From: a bacterium
Lineage (GTDB): Bacteria > Patescibacteriota > Minisyncoccia > Moranbacterales > UBA2206
Direction of reading: 5' to 3'
Assembly (NCBI GenBank): GCA_043725085.1
Contig: JAYSLY010000046.1
Coordinates: 1-51,595, forward strand
DNA: 51,595 nucleotides
The translations under genes were made by a program, and so were the position numbers. Under the pieces are notes generated by a model that was not told the origin of the DNA, ran no database searches, and was given only the letters and a program-made list of their open reading frames with translations. Positions 1-8,946 of this stretch are shown here, one piece after another. Position 1 is the first letter of the stretch, and each line of letters opens with the position of its first letter.

Positions 1-10
1 AAACAATATT

Positions 11-52
11 GCCCCCCCCTGCTTAACCAAAGGATTAGGTGGGGGATTTTAG
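11..52. repeat. Degenerate REP-like C-rich/G-rich element
   Basis: Reverse complement AAAATCCCCCACCTAATCC...GGGGGGGGCAAT resembles the element inside ligA at 47143-47191. Confidence 0.4.
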
Positions 53-72
53 TTTGTATTTTTTTATAAATT

Positions 73-109
73 TGCTATACTCTTGAGTATAAGCTTGGAG
101 AGTATAGCA
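73..109 (+). promoter_or_regulatory. Extended -10 promoter (TGcTATACT) inside nested palindromes upstream of pilC
   Basis: Perfect 11-bp inverted repeat TGCTATACTCT (73-83) / AGAGTATAGCA (99-109), plus inner ATACTC-tt-GAGTAT (77-90). Confidence 0.55.
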
Positions 110-138
110 TAAAATACAAAAACAGAAAAATCAAATCT

Positions 139-1359
139 ATGAAAGTATTCTACAGTGCGAAAAATTATTCCGGTGAAACAAAAACGGGAGAGCTGGAGGT
201 GAAAAACGAAAGAGACCTCGCCACTCAGCTTCGCGCGGATGGGTACATCTTGACATCTTTCAAGGAGCTTCAGGAAGAAAAAACCAATGAGGTTAGCGTG
301 AAATTCCTAGACCGTTTTTTTAGCATTTCGCTCAAAGACAAGTTGATGTTTACGCGCAACTTGAGTGTGATGATTTCTTCCGGACTGCCGATTTCCAGGG
401 CGGTGAAAAATATTTCCTCGCAGACTAAGAACAAAAAGTTTCAGAAAATTTTGAATAGTATTTTCGATGATATTCAATCCGGAACAACTTTTGCTGATGG
501 TCTGGCGCGGTATCCGGGAATTTTTGGCGACCTGTTCGTCAATATGATCAGGGTGGGTGAGTCGAGTGGAAATTTGGAAGAAATTCTGGAAATTTTGGCC
601 ATTCAGCTGGAAAAAGAGCATGATTTGACGAGCAAAATCAAGGGCGCGATGACCTATCCGGCCGTGATTATTGTGGCAATGATCGGTATCGCAGTTTTGA
701 TGTTGACCTATATTTTGCCCAAAATGATGAGCGTTTTTGCCGATATGAAAGTTGATTTGCCTGCTTCGACCAAGTTTATTATTGCGCTAAGCAATCTTTT
801 GCGGGATCATGCCGCTTTTGTGGCGATAGGGTTTATTGTTTTTATCATAGCTATTCGTTTTTTGCTCACAACGGAAAGTGGGAAAAAGATGCTTGGTTTC
901 ATCCTAATCAATCTACCTGCGATTAAGAATATGGTGATCAAAGTGAACTGCGCGCGGTTTGCCAGGATTTACAGTTCGCTTTTGCGTAGTGGTGTGCCGG
1001 TAGTTCAAGCACTGACCATTATTTCTAACACGCTGACTAATTATTACTACAAAAAAGCAGTCAAGGATGGCATTGAAGATGTGCAAAAAGGAATAAGTCT
1101 CAGCAAGGTGATTGAAAAAAACACTAAAGTTTTTCCGGTACTGATGGCGCAGATGGCGCAAGTTGGCGAGGAAACAGGAAAAACGGAAACGATTCTTTTG
1201 AAATTAGCCGAATTCTATGAAGATGAAATCGATCAAATTTCCAAAAATATGTCCTCGATTATTGAACCGGTGCTGATGATTTTTATCGGAGGCGCAGTCG
1301 GTTTTTTTGCCATCTCAATGCTTCAGCCGATGTATAGTTTGATGGATAACATTAAATAG
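139..1359 (+). CDS. pilC: Type IV pilus platform protein PilC (T2SS F family)
   Basis: 406 aa; two T2SSF repeats (FTRNLSVMISSGLP; GEETGK), three TM segments, C-terminal IIEP...QPMY. Confidence 0.95.
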   Translation: MKVFYSAKNYSGETKTGELEVKNERDLATQLRADGYILTSFKELQEEKTNEVSVKFLDRFFSISLKDKLMFTRNLSVMISSGLPISRAVKNISSQTKNKKFQKILNSIFDDIQSGTTFADGLARYPGIFGDLFVNMIRVGESSGNLEEILEILAIQLEKEHDLTSKIKGAMTYPAVIIVAMIGIAVLMLTYILPKMMSVFADMKVDLPASTKFIIALSNLLRDHAAFVAIGFIVFIIAIRFLLTTESGKKMLGFILINLPAIKNMVIKVNCARFARIYSSLLRSGVPVVQALTIISNTLTNYYYKKAVKDGIEDVQKGISLSKVIEKNTKVFPVLMAQMAQVGEETGKTETILLKLAEFYEDEIDQISKNMSSIIEPVLMIFIGGAVGFFAISMLQPMYSLMDNIK

Positions 1360-1443
1360 TATTTGGTATATTGTAGCTAGCATCCGGTATGGGTGCGGCT
1401 TATGCATTATACCAAAAGCGACATATATAATCAGATTTTTGTT

Positions 1444-2805
1444 ATGATACCGAATGCTAAGTACAAAGCCTTTTTGCTTATCGAAGCCATGACTGTGTTG
1501 TTTATCTTTGCTTTGATTACGATTACTTTCTATTCCGTTATGTCTGTTGGCACACGCTATATTCAAGATGCCAAAAATCGCCTCGGTGCAATTTCGGTGG
1601 TGAATGAAAGGATGGAAATTGTGCGCAATCTTGCCTATGACAGTATTGGCACTAACACGGGCGTAGTTGGTGGCAATATTCCTCGCGATCAGGATGTGAC
1701 AGAAAACGCGCATCAATATCATATTCACACTGAAGTTTTCTATGTCGATGATCCTTTTGATGGGATTGGCTATGCCGATACGGTCTGGTTTGAGGATTAT
1801 AAAAGAGTGATCATCACAGTTTCTTGGGCTGGTGTCGATAATTCTGAAAAGGTAGAGATAGTTTCTCGTTTTGTTCCGCCCGGAAAAGAGGTTCAGCATG
1901 CAGGAGACGGAATTCTTTCTGTGAATATTTTCAGTGATCAACCCGGGGGCGCGGGAATTTCTGATTCCAATGTAACGCTAATCAATTCAGTTACGGGGCT
2001 TAATACCTATCAAATGACGGACAGTTCGGGGAATGCGACTTTTATGGGCAATCGGATAACCAACTCGATTCAAAAATATCAGATAACTGTGACAAAAGAT
2101 GGCTATGAAACCGTTAGCACAATGCCACCCTATCCACTCACGCCACTCTATAACCCAATCGATGTGCATGCCTCGGTGGTAACGGGAACAATGAATGTGG
2201 CCAATATCGTGCAAAACAAATTGGCCAATATTAAGATTAGCACAGTCGACCATCTTGATGCGCCAATTTCCGGCACCACTTTCCAGTTGGTTGGCGGAAG
2301 AAAGCTGGGCACCGATGTTGCCCTGCCAAATGCTCCGGTCTATAACTTTGATGAAAATGGCACGACCGATTCAGGAGGAGAAAAACTATATAGCGCGATC
2401 AGTCCGGGAAACTATGCTTTTTCCTTAACCGGCGCAACACTAAGTGGCTATGCTATAATAAGTACCACTCCAACCTTGCCATTTCCTTTATTATCAGCTG
2501 ACGGGACGCTAAATGCTAAACTTAAGCTGGCGAGCAAAACCGTTACTTCACTACTAGTTTCTGTGACTGATTTGAGCAGCACGCTTCCTGTTTCCGGTGC
2601 AAAAGTGAAGCTTACCAACACCGCATTAGGTTATGAAAAGGAATTAACGACAGCTGGTGAAGGAAATGCTTTTTTTCCTGATTCGAGTGATCCTCTCTTG
2701 CCAGGGACCTATCACCTAAAGGTTACAGCGGATGGATTTTCCGATAAGGAATCAGATGTTACAATTACTGATGGCAGCCTTAAGATAGAATCAGTCGGGC
2801 TATAG
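1444..2805 (+). CDS. Minor pilin (PilV-like) with C-terminal carboxypeptidase-regulatory-like beta-sandwich repeats
   Basis: Prepilin-like KA|FLLIE plus hydrophobic helix; repeated PVSGAKVKL / GTYHLKVTADGF motifs. ATG 1444 preferred over the ORF-track start 1393. Confidence 0.75.
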   Translation: MIPNAKYKAFLLIEAMTVLFIFALITITFYSVMSVGTRYIQDAKNRLGAISVVNERMEIVRNLAYDSIGTNTGVVGGNIPRDQDVTENAHQYHIHTEVFYVDDPFDGIGYADTVWFEDYKRVIITVSWAGVDNSEKVEIVSRFVPPGKEVQHAGDGILSVNIFSDQPGGAGISDSNVTLINSVTGLNTYQMTDSSGNATFMGNRITNSIQKYQITVTKDGYETVSTMPPYPLTPLYNPIDVHASVVTGTMNVANIVQNKLANIKISTVDHLDAPISGTTFQLVGGRKLGTDVALPNAPVYNFDENGTTDSGGEKLYSAISPGNYAFSLTGATLSGYAIISTTPTLPFPLLSADGTLNAKLKLASKTVTSLLVSVTDLSSTLPVSGAKVKLTNTALGYEKELTTAGEGNAFFPDSSDPLLPGTYHLKVTADGFSDKESDVTITDGSLKIESVGL

Positions 2806-2826
2806 GTTCGCGAAGCGAATGAATTT

Positions 2827-3474
2827 ATGCAAATGAAAAAAAATAAAAATTGGAAAAATAGAAAAGGTTTGACGCTTATCGAAACAGTAATGGCGATCGC
2901 CATTTTCGCTATCGGCATGGAAGGCTTTACTATCCTTTTTTCGCGAGCGTGGCAAAGCAATGCATATACGTTGGAAATGGGACAATCTTCGATGGCGGTT
3001 TCCCAGGGCGTAAATAGTTTGGTGGATTATCTTCGCAGCGCTCGTCAAGCAGACGATGGATCTTATGCAATTAAATCGGCCAATGATAATGATGTTGTGG
3101 TATATTCCGACTATGATCGTGATGGAGTGACTGAGCGGATCCATATCTATAAAAATGGACAAAATATTTTAATGGGCATAACGCATCCGACAACAACAAT
3201 GCCAAAAAGCTATCCTAATAGTGACCAGCAAACCGTTACTATCGCCCAAAGAATTGTTAATACCAATGCGGAGCCAATTTTCTATTATTACGACAGAAAT
3301 TATGCCGGTTCTCCTGCTCAACTGCCATTGACTACCCCGGCCAATGTTGCCGACATCCGTCTTATGAAAATTCATTTGAAGATCAATATCAATCCTAATC
3401 GCGCTCCGGATAACATTGAAATGCAAACTTTTGTGGAAATGCGAAATTTAGGCGATCACGATAGTGTGCATTAA
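2827..3474 (+). CDS. Minor pilin (PilW-like)
   Basis: Basic leader then G|LTLIE class III signal peptide. Confidence 0.85.
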   Translation: MQMKKNKNWKNRKGLTLIETVMAIAIFAIGMEGFTILFSRAWQSNAYTLEMGQSSMAVSQGVNSLVDYLRSARQADDGSYAIKSANDNDVVVYSDYDRDGVTERIHIYKNGQNILMGITHPTTTMPKSYPNSDQQTVTIAQRIVNTNAEPIFYYYDRNYAGSPAQLPLTTPANVADIRLMKIHLKININPNRAPDNIEMQTFVEMRNLGDHDSVH

Positions 3475-4969
3475 GCATATAGCATGTAACATGAAACATA
3501 TAATATGTAACAAAGACAGAAAACAAAAAGCTAGCAACAAACGTGGCTCTGCTTTGGCTTACGCGCTTATTATCATGACGATAGTGATGATTATTTTGGT
3601 TTCCATGCTTGGCTATATTTCTTCTCAGCTCAAATTTAGCTTAAATCGTGTGGAAAAAGAGAAAGCTTTTCAGGTGGCGGAAGCAGGAATCTATTATTAT
3701 CGCTGGTATCTGGCACATGAAACTTCCGGAAGAACGGCCTTGGAGATCAATAACTTTTTGCAAACCGGCGGTCCGATGGGATTTTCTCCGGCCGCAGTCA
3801 GCTATGAAGGAATCGGGCAATATCAATTAGTCATCACGCCACCAATTCCTGGCTCAACAATAATCAACATAGAATCAACCGGTTGGTCTGATAAGGCGCC
3901 GAACATGAAAAGGACAATCTCAGTCAGATTTCGCAGGCCGTCTTGGAGTGAATATATTTTTCTGTCCAATAGTTTTATTAATTTTGGAGATCAGGCCGTG
4001 GTGTTTGGCAAAGTTCATTCCAACGGAGGAATTCGTTTTGATGGAATTGCTCACAACACAGTAAGCTCGCTTTTGCCTTCGTTTAATGACCCAACATATG
4101 GAGGAAATCGGTTGCAATTTGGCGTGCATACGACAAAAAATCCGGCCGATCCGGACGCTCCGACATATCCTTGGTCCAGTGGAGCAGTGCCTAATCGCCC
4201 TGATGTCTTTATGGGCGGGCGAGAGTTTCCTGTTTCTGAAGTGAGCTTTACGGGAGTTACAACGGACCTTGCCAATATGAAAGATCAAGCTCAGCATGGA
4301 CATGGTAACTATTTCGATGCAACGGGAGTGGGCAGGCAGATTATTCTAAAAAGCAATGGGACATTTGATGTTTGCACGATCGCTTCCGCCAATAGCAATA
4401 CCCACGCGATCAGTAATAATAATGGATACCTCAAAAATAGCGGGAGTGGCACATGCAGTAGCTGTAGCGGAGCATGTCTAAGCAATTATGCCATTCCGGA
4501 TGGCGGAATAATATTTGTGGAAAATGACACCTGGGTCGAAGGGACTATTAATAATAAGCGCGTGTCCATTGTCGCGGCTAATTTGTCGGGAGGAGGGAAT
4601 CAGCGGGATATCTATATCGGAATCAGCAATACTAATCTGCAATATGCCGCGTATGATTGCAATAATATGCTCGGATTGATTGCGCAACGCGATGTGCGCG
4701 TGCTCGGAAGTTGTCCGGATAATTTTATTGTTGATGCGGCTCTTTTGGCCCAAGGAGGAGTGGTGGGAATAAATGACAATGGCTTTAGTGGAAAAAATTC
4801 TCTGACATTTAATGGTGCGATTGCGTCCTATTTGCAACCATACTTTGCGCATGGAAATAATGGTTTTGCTGCGCGTACCTATAATTTTAATAATAACTTG
4901 CTGTATTGCCCGCCACCCTATTTTCCAACTGGCACAGATTATGCAATTGATCTTTGGGAAGAACTATAA
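3464..4969 (+). CDS. PilX-like minor pilin with C-terminal beta-helical region
   Basis: RG|SALAYAL N-terminus without E5 and AFQVAEAGI motif, typical of PilX. True start may be ATG 3491. Confidence 0.8.
   Translation: MCIKHIACNMKHIICNKDRKQKASNKRGSALAYALIIMTIVMIILVSMLGYISSQLKFSLNRVEKEKAFQVAEAGIYYYRWYLAHETSGRTALEINNFLQTGGPMGFSPAAVSYEGIGQYQLVITPPIPGSTIINIESTGWSDKAPNMKRTISVRFRRPSWSEYIFLSNSFINFGDQAVVFGKVHSNGGIRFDGIAHNTVSSLLPSFNDPTYGGNRLQFGVHTTKNPADPDAPTYPWSSGAVPNRPDVFMGGREFPVSEVSFTGVTTDLANMKDQAQHGHGNYFDATGVGRQIILKSNGTFDVCTIASANSNTHAISNNNGYLKNSGSGTCSSCSGACLSNYAIPDGGIIFVENDTWVEGTINNKRVSIVAANLSGGGNQRDIYIGISNTNLQYAAYDCNNMLGLIAQRDVRVLGSCPDNFIVDAALLAQGGVVGINDNGFSGKNSLTFNGAIASYLQPYFAHGNNGFAARTYNFNNNLLYCPPPYFPTGTDYAIDLWEEL
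3473..3514 (+). repeat. Degenerate heptamer tandem repeat (6 units, TAACATG-like)
   Basis: AAGCATA TAGCATG TAACATG AAACATA TAATATG TAACAAA. Confidence 0.7.
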
Positions 4970-4991
4970 AAAAATGTGCTATAATTAAATT

Positions 4992-6071
4992 ATGAATTTT
5001 CTGAAAAAAAATATAATCAACTTTGAAGATGCCTATTTTGGAATTGATTTGGGCGACCTTTTTGTTAAAGTTGTAGAGTTGGAAAGCAAGGGGCTTGGCG
5101 ATTCTGTTCGATCCTATTCTATCGCAGCGATTCCTGACGGTTGTATTGAAGATGGGCGAATTATTGACAAACAAAAAGTGATTCAGGCCATCAAGGCAGC
5201 TGTTACTTCGGCTGGGCCAAAAAAAATAAATACGAAAAAAGTTATTTGTTCTTTGCCTGAATCAAAAGTTTTTTTGCGGGTACTTTCGATTCCGCACATG
5301 GAGCAATCCGAAATCAGCGAAGCGATAAAATGGGAGATTGAAGCCAGCATCCCGCTTTCTGTTGATCAAGTCTACTATGACTGGCAGCTAATTGGCGAGT
5401 CTTTGGGCAATCAAAATATCCTAACCGTGGCTGTCTCCCGGGAAATAGTCGATGATATTTTGGAGATCTTGGAAGTGGCCGGGCTTGAGGCGTATGGCCT
5501 GGAGACGGAGTCGGTTGTCACAGCGAGAAGTCTTATTAGTGATACAGATTCTGATGCCAACATTTCTTTGATTGTTGACTTGGGTTCAAAGAGAACTAAT
5601 TTTATTGTTTCTGAAGGAAATATTCCTTTTTTCACATCAAGCATTCCTTTTTCCTCCAATGGTGTAACCGATGCCATTGCGAAAACGCTAGGGATCGGTA
5701 GTGAGGAAGCAGAAAAAATAAAGATTTCTCAGGGTGTTGGTTCGTGCAATAGTGATGATTCAGTCTTCAATTCCATGCAATCGTACCTGGAAGGGCTTTC
5801 TGTTGAAATTGAAAAAACGATCGATTTTTATCAAAATATAAACAGTAAATCAGGCAAAGTGGAGAAGATAATTATTTGCGGAGGAGCAAATCTGAAAGGG
5901 CTGGTGCCATATCTCACAAAGAGGCTACAAAGCAAAATTTGCATTGGTGACCCTTGGGTAAATTTGAATTTTAATAATCGTTTGCCAATAGTTAGCAAGG
6001 AAAAGTCACTCCAGTTTACTGCCGCAATAGGCCTCGCTATGAGGAAAAAAGACTATGAAAATAGGAATTAA
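4992..6071 (+). CDS. pilM: Type IV pilus assembly protein PilM
   Basis: Actin-like fold motifs FGIDLG, IVDLGSKRT, IIICGG, AAIGLAMR. Confidence 0.92.
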   Translation: MNFLKKNIINFEDAYFGIDLGDLFVKVVELESKGLGDSVRSYSIAAIPDGCIEDGRIIDKQKVIQAIKAAVTSAGPKKINTKKVICSLPESKVFLRVLSIPHMEQSEISEAIKWEIEASIPLSVDQVYYDWQLIGESLGNQNILTVAVSREIVDDILEILEVAGLEAYGLETESVVTARSLISDTDSDANISLIVDLGSKRTNFIVSEGNIPFFTSSIPFSSNGVTDAIAKTLGIGSEEAEKIKISQGVGSCNSDDSVFNSMQSYLEGLSVEIEKTIDFYQNINSKSGKVEKIIICGGANLKGLVPYLTKRLQSKICIGDPWVNLNFNNRLPIVSKEKSLQFTAAIGLAMRKKDYENRN

Positions 6072-6609
6072 TTTACTCCCACCGAACAAGAAGGAAGAAG
6101 TTCGCATCGCCGAGAAATTCCGGTCAATTTTGGGCTGGGAGCTGGTGATTCTTCTTATGGTTGTTATGTTTTTTGGTTTTATTTTCAGTATCAATTACCT
6201 TCTCAATATTAATCTCCGGTTAATTTCCGATGGAAAAATTAATGAGGCGAATGGGGCTCAATATGACACGATAAAATATTATGAGAGTAAGTTTTCGGAA
6301 ATTAATACCAAGATGGCTAAGATTTCCAGCATTACCAATGGGCAAATTTATTGGTCAACACTATTTTCCAAGCTAAACAACGCTGTTCCGGACAATGTGG
6401 AAATTAGCGGATTGTCAACAAAAAATTATTCACTGTCACTGGCAGGAAAAGCGAAGACCAGAGAAGATCTTTTGGTGTTTAAGGATAACCTGGAAAAGGA
6501 AGACTGTTTTGAAAATGTTGATTTGCCACTTTCTGATCTTGTTTCCAAGGAGGATATTGCCTTTCAAATAGATTTGGATATTAAAGAAAATTGCGCAAAA
6601 AATAAATGA
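6055..6609 (+). CDS. pilN: PilN-like protein
   Basis: N-terminal INLLP PilM-binding motif, one TM, follows pilM. Confidence 0.85.
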   Translation: MKIGINLLPPNKKEEVRIAEKFRSILGWELVILLMVVMFFGFIFSINYLLNINLRLISDGKINEANGAQYDTIKYYESKFSEINTKMAKISSITNGQIYWSTLFSKLNNAVPDNVEISGLSTKNYSLSLAGKAKTREDLLVFKDNLEKEDCFENVDLPLSDLVSKEDIAFQIDLDIKENCAKNK

Positions 6610-7328
6610 AAAATTTCGTAAAAAAACATAAAATTTCTGTCAGTGTCAGCGCTTTTTTGCTCATCGTATTGCCCCTGTTCTACTGGACGACCGTATTTGC
6701 TATCAAAAAAATTGGAAGTAGCGCTGATTTGATTCAAGAGAAAATTATTGACGGAAATTTGGAGAAAATGAAAATAGAAAAGATACCCAAAATGGAAGAG
6801 ACTAACGCTGAATTTGAAAAAAACAAGGAAGCGGTGGGAACAATTCTTGATTCGGGGAGCAAAGTTGATTTTATTCGCTATATCGAATCGTTAGCAGAGG
6901 AAACAAATAATAAAATTGAAATAAAAGTTTTGAGTGATGGCGAAAATAATTCAGCGACCACACCCGGAGCCAAGCCGCTGGCTAAAAAAGATGATGCGAA
7001 GAGTATTGAGGAGCAATTGCTCTATCGGCAATATGTCTCTATGCAAGTGGATTTGACTGGCGACTATGACGGTTTTTTGAATTTTGAACATAAGTTGGAG
7101 AATAATAAATACTATGTGAATATTATTTCTTTGAATATGCAAAAAGTTTTTATCGATAAAGATGGTGGTATTTTGAAAGAAAATAACTCCAATTCAAACG
7201 GGATTTTTCTTTCACCAATGCCTCAAAGTAGCAATTCCAAGAGCAGTCCTGTTTCAGGTTTAGACCCTAGCGCTGGGAGCAATCCAGCGCTTAAAAGCTC
7301 ACTTAACCTAATTGTTTATACTCAATAA
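6606..7328 (+). CDS. pilO: PilO-like protein
   Basis: N-terminal TM, coiled coil, LTGDYDGFLNF..KLEN motif; position after pilMN. Confidence 0.7.
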   Translation: MKNFVKKHKISVSVSAFLLIVLPLFYWTTVFAIKKIGSSADLIQEKIIDGNLEKMKIEKIPKMEETNAEFEKNKEAVGTILDSGSKVDFIRYIESLAEETNNKIEIKVLSDGENNSATTPGAKPLAKKDDAKSIEEQLLYRQYVSMQVDLTGDYDGFLNFEHKLENNKYYVNIISLNMQKVFIDKDGGILKENNSNSNGIFLSPMPQSSNSKSSPVSGLDPSAGSNPALKSSLNLIVYTQ

Positions 7329-7651
7329 TGTTAAATCTGAAAAACCTAAAAAAAGATATTGCTTCAGGGGATATTTTTCACAAAATTGTCGAATTTTTCG
7401 GTCGCAATTTCAAGGCTTTGGTGTTTATCCTATTTTTTGCCATGTCCGGATTTTGCGGGTATATTTGGTATTCCTATGCTTTCAATCATCAGTGGAGTGA
7501 AGAAAAAAAAGCAACTTATTTGGAAACTAAAGAAAAAGAAGTGACATTTAATCGTAAAAAGTTTCAAGATATCGTTGAAAAGGAGAGGCAAAGATCCCAG
7601 GAATATGAAAAAACAATAACAGCCGAAAAGGATATTTTTGGGATAAAATAG
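7328..7651 (+). CDS. Hypothetical single-TM protein ending the pilMNO operon
   Basis: 107 aa; overlaps the pilO stop (TAATG); one TM. Confidence 0.75.
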   Translation: MLNLKNLKKDIASGDIFHKIVEFFGRNFKALVFILFFAMSGFCGYIWYSYAFNHQWSEEKKATYLETKEKEVTFNRKKFQDIVEKERQRSQEYEKTITAEKDIFGIK

Positions 7652-7667
7652 ATTTTTTGTCTAAAAC

Positions 7668-7697
7668 AAAACACGACATTTAAGAGTCGTGTTTTTT
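7668..7697. terminator. Bidirectional intrinsic terminator
   Basis: AAAACACGAC-8nt-GTCGTGTTTT between the convergent pil operon and tRNA cluster. Confidence 0.75.
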
Positions 7698-7718
7698 GTG
7701 TGCGTCTGATGAAAATTG

Positions 7719-7792
7719 TGCGCCCTGAGGGACTCGAACCCCCGACCCTCTGGTCCGAAGCCAGATGCTCTAATCCGCTGAGCTAAGGGCGC
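7719..7792 (-). tRNA. tRNA-Arg(TCG)
   Basis: Cloverleaf GCGCCCT...AGGGCGC-A; anticodon arm TCTGG CT TCG GA CCAGA; no encoded CCA. Confidence 0.95.
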
Positions 7793-7826
7793 AATGTTTT
7801 TTATTTTTTATAGAAATCTACAGGGG

Positions 7827-7899
7827 GGCGAGTACTGGGAATCGAACCCAAATTCCTTGTACCACAAACAAGTGTCTTAGCCGTTAGACGATACCCGCC
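7827..7899 (-). tRNA. tRNA-His(GTG)
   Basis: G-1 with C73 discriminator; anticodon arm CTTGT TT GTG GT ACAAG; GGTTCGATTCC T-arm. Confidence 0.93.
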
Positions 7900-7939
7900 A
7901 CTCTATAGACTTCTGATTTTATAATTTTTAAATTTCCTG

Positions 7940-8012
7940 TGCATCCCCTGGGAATCGAACCCAGAACCTTAGGATTAAGAGTCCTCTGCTCTACCGATTG
8001 AGCTAGGGATGC
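7940..8012 (-). tRNA. tRNA-Lys(CTT)
   Basis: GCATCCC...GGGATGC-A; anticodon loop CT CTT AA. Confidence 0.95.
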
Positions 8013-8013
8013 G

Positions 8014-8745
8014 TTATATTCGAGGATAATTAGTTTTTAATTTATGCCATTTCGTTCTGGTTGCAGCTACTTGAAAATCAGTTTCTTTTAGCACGGAATT
8101 TATCCAGCCAAAAACTCTGTGTCGAAAATTTGTTCCTCTGCTAACTCGAATTTTAATTGTACCGTAATATAGAGTGTTTTTCTTATAATTTTTATTTTCT
8201 GGTTTTATAAAACTTTTGCCAAAATTTTCCAATGGTATTTCAGTTAACTCTGACCAAAATTTTTTTAGCTTGTTGTCGTTTTGTTGGGGGTAAATATTCA
8301 AATGAACCTTTATATCTTTGGGAAATATGTCTAAAACATCCTTTAACCAATTGATCATAAACTTTATTAAGCAAGGATCGGAATTGGTAATCGCAAAATG
8401 TTGGGTCTTATTGCCTTCAGCCCAGTAGAGTGCCGCACCGAAAAGTTTGTATGCGTCAATGCTTAGGGGTAAGGCAATTTCTTTTTCAGCATTATCAATG
8501 ATAGTTTCGATTTCTTTTTTTCTTCGTTCATGGCTACTCTCTGGTCCGTTTGACAATGCTTTGATTTGTTTTGTGTATAATCGTTCTCTATATTCCGATT
8601 TTACGATAACATTTTTACACCAAAGCGTTGCCGTGCTTTTCGGGATGCCAACTTTGTCAGCAATTTCTTTGTAGCTAAGACCATTTTTCTCCCTTAATAT
8701 TCTAACTTGTTGTTTTATTTTTTTGCTATATTTTCTTTGGTTCAT
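8014..8745 (-). CDS. HTH + LAGLIDADG-like endonuclease-family protein
   Basis: N-terminal HTH (GLSYKEIADKVGIPKSTA); C-terminal ALYWAEG.K...ITNSDP.LIKF resembles a single LAGLIDADG fold. ATG 8745 follows TTGCGA-17-TACAAT; ORF-track start is 8793. Confidence 0.6.
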   Translation of the reverse strand: MNQRKYSKKIKQQVRILREKNGLSYKEIADKVGIPKSTATLWCKNVIVKSEYRERLYTKQIKALSNGPESSHERRKKEIETIIDNAEKEIALPLSIDAYKLFGAALYWAEGNKTQHFAITNSDPCLIKFMINWLKDVLDIFPKDIKVHLNIYPQQNDNKLKKFWSELTEIPLENFGKSFIKPENKNYKKNTLYYGTIKIRVSRGTNFRHRVFGWINSVLKETDFQVAATRTKWHKLKTNYPRI

Positions 8746-8809
8746 ATACCACCAATTGTATACTATATAGCACCTGTTCGCAAGTCTTTCCAATATGGAT
8801 CCAATTTTG

Positions 8810-8882
8810 TGCGCCGGGCAGGAATAGAACCTGCGACCAATAGCTTAGAAGGCTACTGCTCTATCCACTGAGCTACCGGCGC
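8810..8882 (-). tRNA. tRNA-Arg(TCT)
   Basis: GCGCCGG...CCGGCGC-A; anticodon loop CT TCT AA; atypical T-loop TTCTATT. Confidence 0.9.
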
Positions 8883-8946
8883 AGTTTTTAATTCCAAAAT
8901 AACTTGTTTATACTAGCAAAAATAAATTGCCCTGGCAAGTGGTTTC

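Noticed and set aside
7940-8882. Endonuclease gene as part of a group I intron in a tRNA
   Set aside because: Both flanking tRNAs are complete and uninterrupted; the ORF lies in the spacer.
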